Positions 43,812-47,909 of a stretch of DNA of 47,909 bases are shown piece by piece (positions within the stretch are counted from its first letter, which is position 1; the number at the start of each line of letters is the position of its first letter). The stretch comes from a virus. The position numbers and the translations under genes are program-made. The notes beneath the pieces are model-generated. The model had not been told where the DNA came from and made no database searches. It saw nothing but the letters and a program-made list of their open reading frames with translations. The stretch is from the UHGV virus genome UHGV-2125804; one strand, given 5' to 3'.

Positions 43812-44054
43812 ATGCATATAGCAAATATCTACGGCGAGTCTATCGTGGGTGAAGAAATCGAATATCTAGATCAACCCTACAAAAATATTATTATCGTGGA
43901 GGATTCTAACGGTGACAAACACGTGGTTCACAAAGACACGATCGATAGGAATCGTAAGCGAAAACCAAGCCGTGCAGGAGTGAGGTTTGACCTTCTAGGT
44001 TGTCAGGCGCATGGAAGAAAAGGGACGTTGAGAAAGTGGCGGAGGATTGGTTAG
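43812..44054 (+). CDS. hypothetical protein
   Basis: ORF with GGAGGATTAGC then ATG. Confidence 0.4.
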   Translation: MHIANIYGESIVGEEIEYLDQPYKNIIIVEDSNGDKHVVHKDTIDRNRKRKPSRAGVRFDLLGCQAHGRKGTLRKWRRIG

Positions 44055-44110
44055 GACATAAGAAAAAGCTCCGCAAACTGGGGCTATCAAGTAGAAAGAA
44101 GGTGACCATC

Positions 44111-44311
44111 TTGCGGTCAATTTATCAAGTGACTTTTAGTAAAAAAGATAACAAAATGACTTGGGTCAAAGCGGTTGTAGCAACATCAGAGGAAAATGCA
44201 AAGAAAGTATTCGCAGAAGAAAATCAGTTTGAAGAAATTAAAGGTGTCAGGATATTAGGGAACGTAGTAGACGAACTAATGGACGATGGGATCGGATTTG
44301 AGAATGAATAG
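44111..44311 (+). CDS. hypothetical protein (TTG start)
   Basis: AGAAGGTGA RBS 5 nt before TTG; track ORF 44000..44311 overlaps the upstream gene. Confidence 0.35.
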   Translation: MRSIYQVTFSKKDNKMTWVKAVVATSEENAKKVFAEENQFEEIKGVRILGNVVDELMDDGIGFENE

Positions 44312-44558
44312 TTCCACAAATGGAGGAGTTTGTAGAGGTGACCTATGAACAAAAGACAAAGAAAAAAGAAACAAACTGAGGTAGTTTACCTTTTCAAGTG
44401 GAATGATGATGTGTCATCAAAAATTTGGGTGAAAGGAAATCACAGAACGAAATTACTTTATAAGTTAGCGGTTAAGTACGGTTTATTGAAAATTGGTCGA
44501 GGATACAAGGACTTTTTCTAAGTCCAGTAACGAAGGCTATTAAGGAGGTATTTTAACA

Positions 44559-44744
44559 ATGGAAATAATTTTAGAAGTTGGTTACCGAGACAAGTATACA
44601 GCCAGACTACAAACAGAAGAAGTAGTAACAGAAGATGATGGTTACGCCTATGAATCCGCAGTGATGACCGTGTTAGAAAACTTGAGCGGACACGGGGCGG
44701 ACATAAAAGATATAGATGTTTGTTTTGTAAAAGAAAACAAATAA
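44559..44744 (+). CDS. hypothetical small protein
   Basis: RBS AAGGAGG. Confidence 0.4.
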   Translation: MEIILEVGYRDKYTARLQTEEVVTEDDGYAYESAVMTVLENLSGHGADIKDIDVCFVKENK

Positions 44745-44790
44745 AAGAAGTGAACTAACGGGCGGAATTAAATAGAAAAGAGGGTTCTGA

Positions 44791-45021
44791 ATGTCAGAGG
44801 AATATCCAAGATATTTGATACTGGGTACGATAGAGCACGAACGCTATATGCAAGACGCATATTATTGTGGTTGGGTGACGCCTACACCTATTTTAACAAC
44901 ACTAAAACAAAAAATGTGCCGACATGAATTCACACTTTGGTGTACAAATGTGGGCGTGAAAGATGCACGGTTAACTTCGTATCGAAAATGTATGAAATGC
45001 GGAAAAGAAGAATTCTGCTAA
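44791..45021 (+). CDS. zinc-ribbon-like protein
   Basis: CRHEF...C...CMKCGKEEFC. Confidence 0.4.
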   Translation: MSEEYPRYLILGTIEHERYMQDAYYCGWVTPTPILTTLKQKMCRHEFTLWCTNVGVKDARLTSYRKCMKCGKEEFC

Positions 45022-45044
45022 CGGAGTCGTTGGAGGAAATAAAA

Positions 45045-45251
45045 ATGGGTTTAACAGTTTTTAAAATGGAATTTTATCATTTTGATAATACTTCAATCAC
45101 GATGATGAAAAATAGTAAGTTTCTGTATAGCGTGGAAATTGTAGATGATAACGGCAGGTACGAATTTAGTAACGGTCTGACATTCAAAGAAGCAAAAGCG
45201 ATTGTAGACAGTGAAATTCAAACATTTGCAGATAAGTTGAAAGTCAATTAA
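45045..45251 (+). CDS. hypothetical protein
   Basis: ATG after GGAGGAAATAAAA (track ORF 44937). Confidence 0.4.
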   Translation: MGLTVFKMEFYHFDNTSITMMKNSKFLYSVEIVDDNGRYEFSNGLTFKEAKAIVDSEIQTFADKLKVN

Positions 45252-45278
45252 TGACAACTATCAGGGAGGAAATTAACA

Positions 45279-45638
45279 ATGGGAAGAAGCATAGATTTAT
45301 ACAGCTATGACTATGAACCACTTGTAGAAGGAATCAAAGAATATGTTTCTGCTGATAACACAGAAGTTATCAGGAAAATTTTATCAGTAGGTGGCAGTGT
45401 TATTGGAGATAAGTACATTATTCTAAATAATGAGCTTTGGGATGAATGCAGTCCTTACTACAATGTAGCTGGTGCATTGGAAAATTACTTTAAGGCAGAA
45501 GACGTTTTTGGAGAAATATTTTGTACCATGGACAATAAGTTCGGACATGCAGAGTTAATCAATGCATGTAATCCACCAGAAGAACTTCTCTATGAACTGA
45601 AACTGATTGAGGAGAAGGACGATGATACCGAAGTTTAG
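45279..45638 (+). CDS. hypothetical acidic protein
   Basis: RBS AGGGAGGAAATTAACA. Confidence 0.45.
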   Translation: MGRSIDLYSYDYEPLVEGIKEYVSADNTEVIRKILSVGGSVIGDKYIILNNELWDECSPYYNVAGALENYFKAEDVFGEIFCTMDNKFGHAELINACNPPEELLYELKLIEEKDDDTEV

Positions 45639-46029
45639 AGCTTGGTGGATACAAGATGAAGTGATGACACACATTGACACATTGGAGTTCTTGCAAGGTG
45701 GCATCAGGGTATCTGACGGATGTTGGCATGAGAAATTTTTAGGTGATGAAGTCATTCTCATGCAGTCAACGGGATTTCATGATAAAAACGGTAAAGAAAT
45801 CTTTGTCGGTGACATTGTGATTCACACACAAAAATCAATAAATTATGAAGACGTATACCATCATAGTTACGCAGAAGTGTTTCAACAGCAAAATGGTGCA
45901 TACCGTATCAGAGGAAAAGACATATATGGAACCGATGCTTATGGTGCTCGAAAAAATTTGAAAGTGGTTGGGAATATTTACGAACATGCTGAGTTATTGA
46001 ATAAGGATAGATTCATGACTGAGGATTAA
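45622..46029 (+). CDS. YopX-family phage protein (third paralog)
   Basis: MIPKFRAW...KNGKEIFVGDIV...VVGNIYEHAELL. Confidence 0.65.
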   Translation: MIPKFRAWWIQDEVMTHIDTLEFLQGGIRVSDGCWHEKFLGDEVILMQSTGFHDKNGKEIFVGDIVIHTQKSINYEDVYHHSYAEVFQQQNGAYRIRGKDIYGTDAYGARKNLKVVGNIYEHAELLNKDRFMTED

Positions 46030-46097
46030 AATTCCGTTAATCACGCCTACTAAGTAGATTCCCTCAATCAATATACCTGATTGAGGGAGAGAAAACG

Positions 46098-46322
46098 TTA
46101 CTTATTTCTTTTACGAATGAGTATTTTATCAAGTGTGTGGACACTTTGCTTTCCTATGACGAAAAATTCGTCCGGGAACTCCTTTCCTAATGATTTTAGC
46201 AGTTTGTAATCATTGTCAGTGAAATGAGAGAAGAATTCAGGAGCATTTTTCTTTTTAAGTGTATCTCCGCCAATTTTGTCTAATGTCTCATAGACAAACA
46301 TTCTGAGTTCAAAAATAGTCAT
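46098..46322 (-). CDS. hypothetical protein
   Basis: Minus-strand ORF with AAGGAGGTG RBS. Confidence 0.4.
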   Translation of the reverse strand: MTIFELRMFVYETLDKIGGDTLKKKNAPEFFSHFTDNDYKLLKSLGKEFPDEFFVIGKQSVHTLDKILIRKRNK

Positions 46323-46437
46323 ATTAGCACCTCCTTAAAAAATATTTTTTATTTATAAATACACTATAACAGCAAAGGATACCTCTAAACGCTCTAAATT
46401 ATTTTTGAGAAATTAGTTTGATAAAGGGGGAAAGTCA

Positions 46438-47196
46438 GTGAGAGCATTATCTCTTTTTTCAGGGATTGGCGGATTAGATTTAGCGGCAGAATGGGCCGGG
46501 ATTGAAACTGTCGCATTCTGTGAGAACGCCGATTTTCCAAAAAAAGTATTGAAGAAACAATGGCCAACAGTGCCGCAGTTTGAAGATGTGAAACAGTTAG
46601 ATATTCAGTTGTTAGAAAGTAGTGGGATAGATGCAAGAACAATTGGAATTATTCACGGAGGATTTCCTTGTCAGCCTTTCTCACTTGCAGGAAAAGGAAA
46701 GGCCGAAAACGACGATCGCTACTTGTGGCATGAGTTCGCAAGACTCGTCAAAGAAATTCAACCTCGTTGGGTTGTCGGCGAGAATGTACCAGGAATTCTT
46801 AACCGTGGACTCGAAACAGCCATTAGTGACTTGGAAAAAGAAGGCTACGAAGTTTGGGTTTTCAGTGTTGCAGCTAGTAATATCGGGGCCATCCACAAAA
46901 GGCAAAGGTTCTTTATCGTTGCTTGCAACACCGACAGCCAGTCAATCATACAAGAGGATTCGCCCGCTTGCACCTTCAGAAGCGAACGGCAAGCATGGCA
47001 AAGTTCTTCCTGGAAGTCTTGGCGAGAATTTCGAGAGCTACATTGGAAAGTACCCGAACCCGGCATTTGTCGAGTGGATGATGGGGTATCCGGAGAATTG
47101 GACAAAAATAGATTGATTGCTTTAGGGAATGCGGTCCAACCACAACAAGTTTATCCGATCTTTAAAGCAATCATGGAAATTGAAAACGGAAGCTAA
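46438..47196 (+). pseudogene. DNA (cytosine-5)-methyltransferase, frameshifted
   Basis: Motifs I (LFSGIGG), IV (GFPCQPFS), VI (GENVPGIL), VIII (HKRQRFFIV) in one frame; motif IX-like FVEWMMGYPENWT in the +1 frame (46631..47116); motif X LIALGNAV back in the first frame; A5 tract at 47104..47108 at the second junction. Confidence 0.5.
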
Positions 47197-47269
47197 CTCA
47201 GCCTATCAAGTAAGAATCTATGTGTTCATTAATCGACTTTTTGATCACATAGAATTTAGGAGGTATGAA

Positions 47270-47782
47270 ATGAATAAACAAGAAGTTTTAGAAGAACTTG
47301 AAACAACAAGTACCCAATTTTTTCATGTAGCAACAAGCACAGGCGTAGAAGCCAATAACAAAACATTGTCCACAGGTGTCTTTGCAGGTTTGGGAATAGC
47401 AAAAAGTGTCCTTACCAAATTAGAAGAACCGCAGAAAGTGATCGCTCAATTATCCGGAAAATGGCACGAAGACATTGGTCCTGTTCTCTGGTGGGATTTC
47501 CCAGTCGAAGAACCACCATATTGCGGCACACCACTAGATGACGATTTTCCAAAGTATAAGACACATTTTACTGAACTTTATATTCCAGACGAGGTCGAGG
47601 AAGAGCCGAAGTGGAAAATAATTAATGATCAAAAATACTGTCTGACATCAATAGAAGCAGGATATGGCAACTCGTTGCATTGGGCTTTCGACAGCACGAA
47701 GAAAAAGCCGATCCTCTTTGATAACGAGGAAACGGCATTGTATACCGCATATATCACTGGCGGCACAGTCGAGAAAGTGTAG
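47270..47782 (+). CDS. hypothetical protein (170 aa)
   Basis: ATG after AGGAGGTATGAA (track ORF 47129); N-terminus MNKQEVLEEL shared with the next gene. Confidence 0.45.
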   Translation: MNKQEVLEELETTSTQFFHVATSTGVEANNKTLSTGVFAGLGIAKSVLTKLEEPQKVIAQLSGKWHEDIGPVLWWDFPVEEPPYCGTPLDDDFPKYKTHFTELYIPDEVEEEPKWKIINDQKYCLTSIEAGYGNSLHWAFDSTKKKPILFDNEETALYTAYITGGTVEKV

Positions 47783-47791
47783 GTGTGATCG

Positions 47792-47909
47792 ATGGATAAG
47801 CAAGAAGTTTTAGATGAACTTCAGAAGAAATATGACGAGGCGATTGAAGCCCAAGAAAGATGCCTTGTTGGATATGGTATGTGGCAAGCATATGAAAACA
47901 GAGCTATCG
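47792..47909 (+). CDS. hypothetical protein, 3' truncated by window end
   Basis: ATG after AGGTGTGA; begins MDKQEVLDEL. Confidence 0.35.
   Translation, partial: MDKQEVLDELQKKYDEAIEAQERCLVGYGMWQAYENRAI

Noticed and set aside
46631-47116. 161-aa ORF treated as an independent gene
   Set aside because: It is the +1 frame segment of the methyltransferase (carries the motif IX-like sequence), not a separate gene.
1-47909. CRISPR array, transposase or IS element, reverse transcriptase (retron/DGR)
   Set aside because: No direct-repeat/spacer periodicity, no transposase- or RT-like ORFs, and no terminal inverted repeats bounding a mobile unit were seen.

Overview
AT-rich (~36% GC) window that reads as an essentially complete, circularly permuted temperate siphovirus genome from a low-GC Firmicutes host (Lactobacillales/Enterococcus-like; TTG/GTG starts, GGAGG RBS). 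Order: tail end of the early region (two YopX paralogs, ArpU-family late regulator); ~0.8 kb structured non-coding stretch with a tRNA-like element; small moron genes; HNH endonuclease + P27-family TerS + TerL; portal; ClpP-like protease; HK97-type capsid; connector and tail genes, including a tail chaperone pair with a canonical A_AAA_AAG -1 frameshift; 2207-aa tape measure protein carrying M15-peptidase and SLT domains; Dit, Tal-like and fibre proteins; two tandem XkdX-like minigenes; XhlA, holin and a signal-peptide GH25 endolysin; tRNA-Met(CAT); minus-strand accessory island (Abi_2 abortive-infection gene with a leader attenuator, YolD-like operon); tyrosine integrase; Ltp-type superinfection-exclusion lipoprotein; cI (S24) repressor, Cro, antirepressor; recombination/replication module (Sak-like SSAP, replisome organiser with iteron-like repeats, RusA, SSB); a third YopX; and a C5 cytosine methyltransferase disrupted by frameshifts. 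Most notable: two distantly paralogous minus-strand membrane proteins (6518..7081 and 38626..39129) inserted against the transcription flow, the attenuated Abi locus, and a duplicated terminator module flanking a small island next to int that may hold the attP core or an sRNA.
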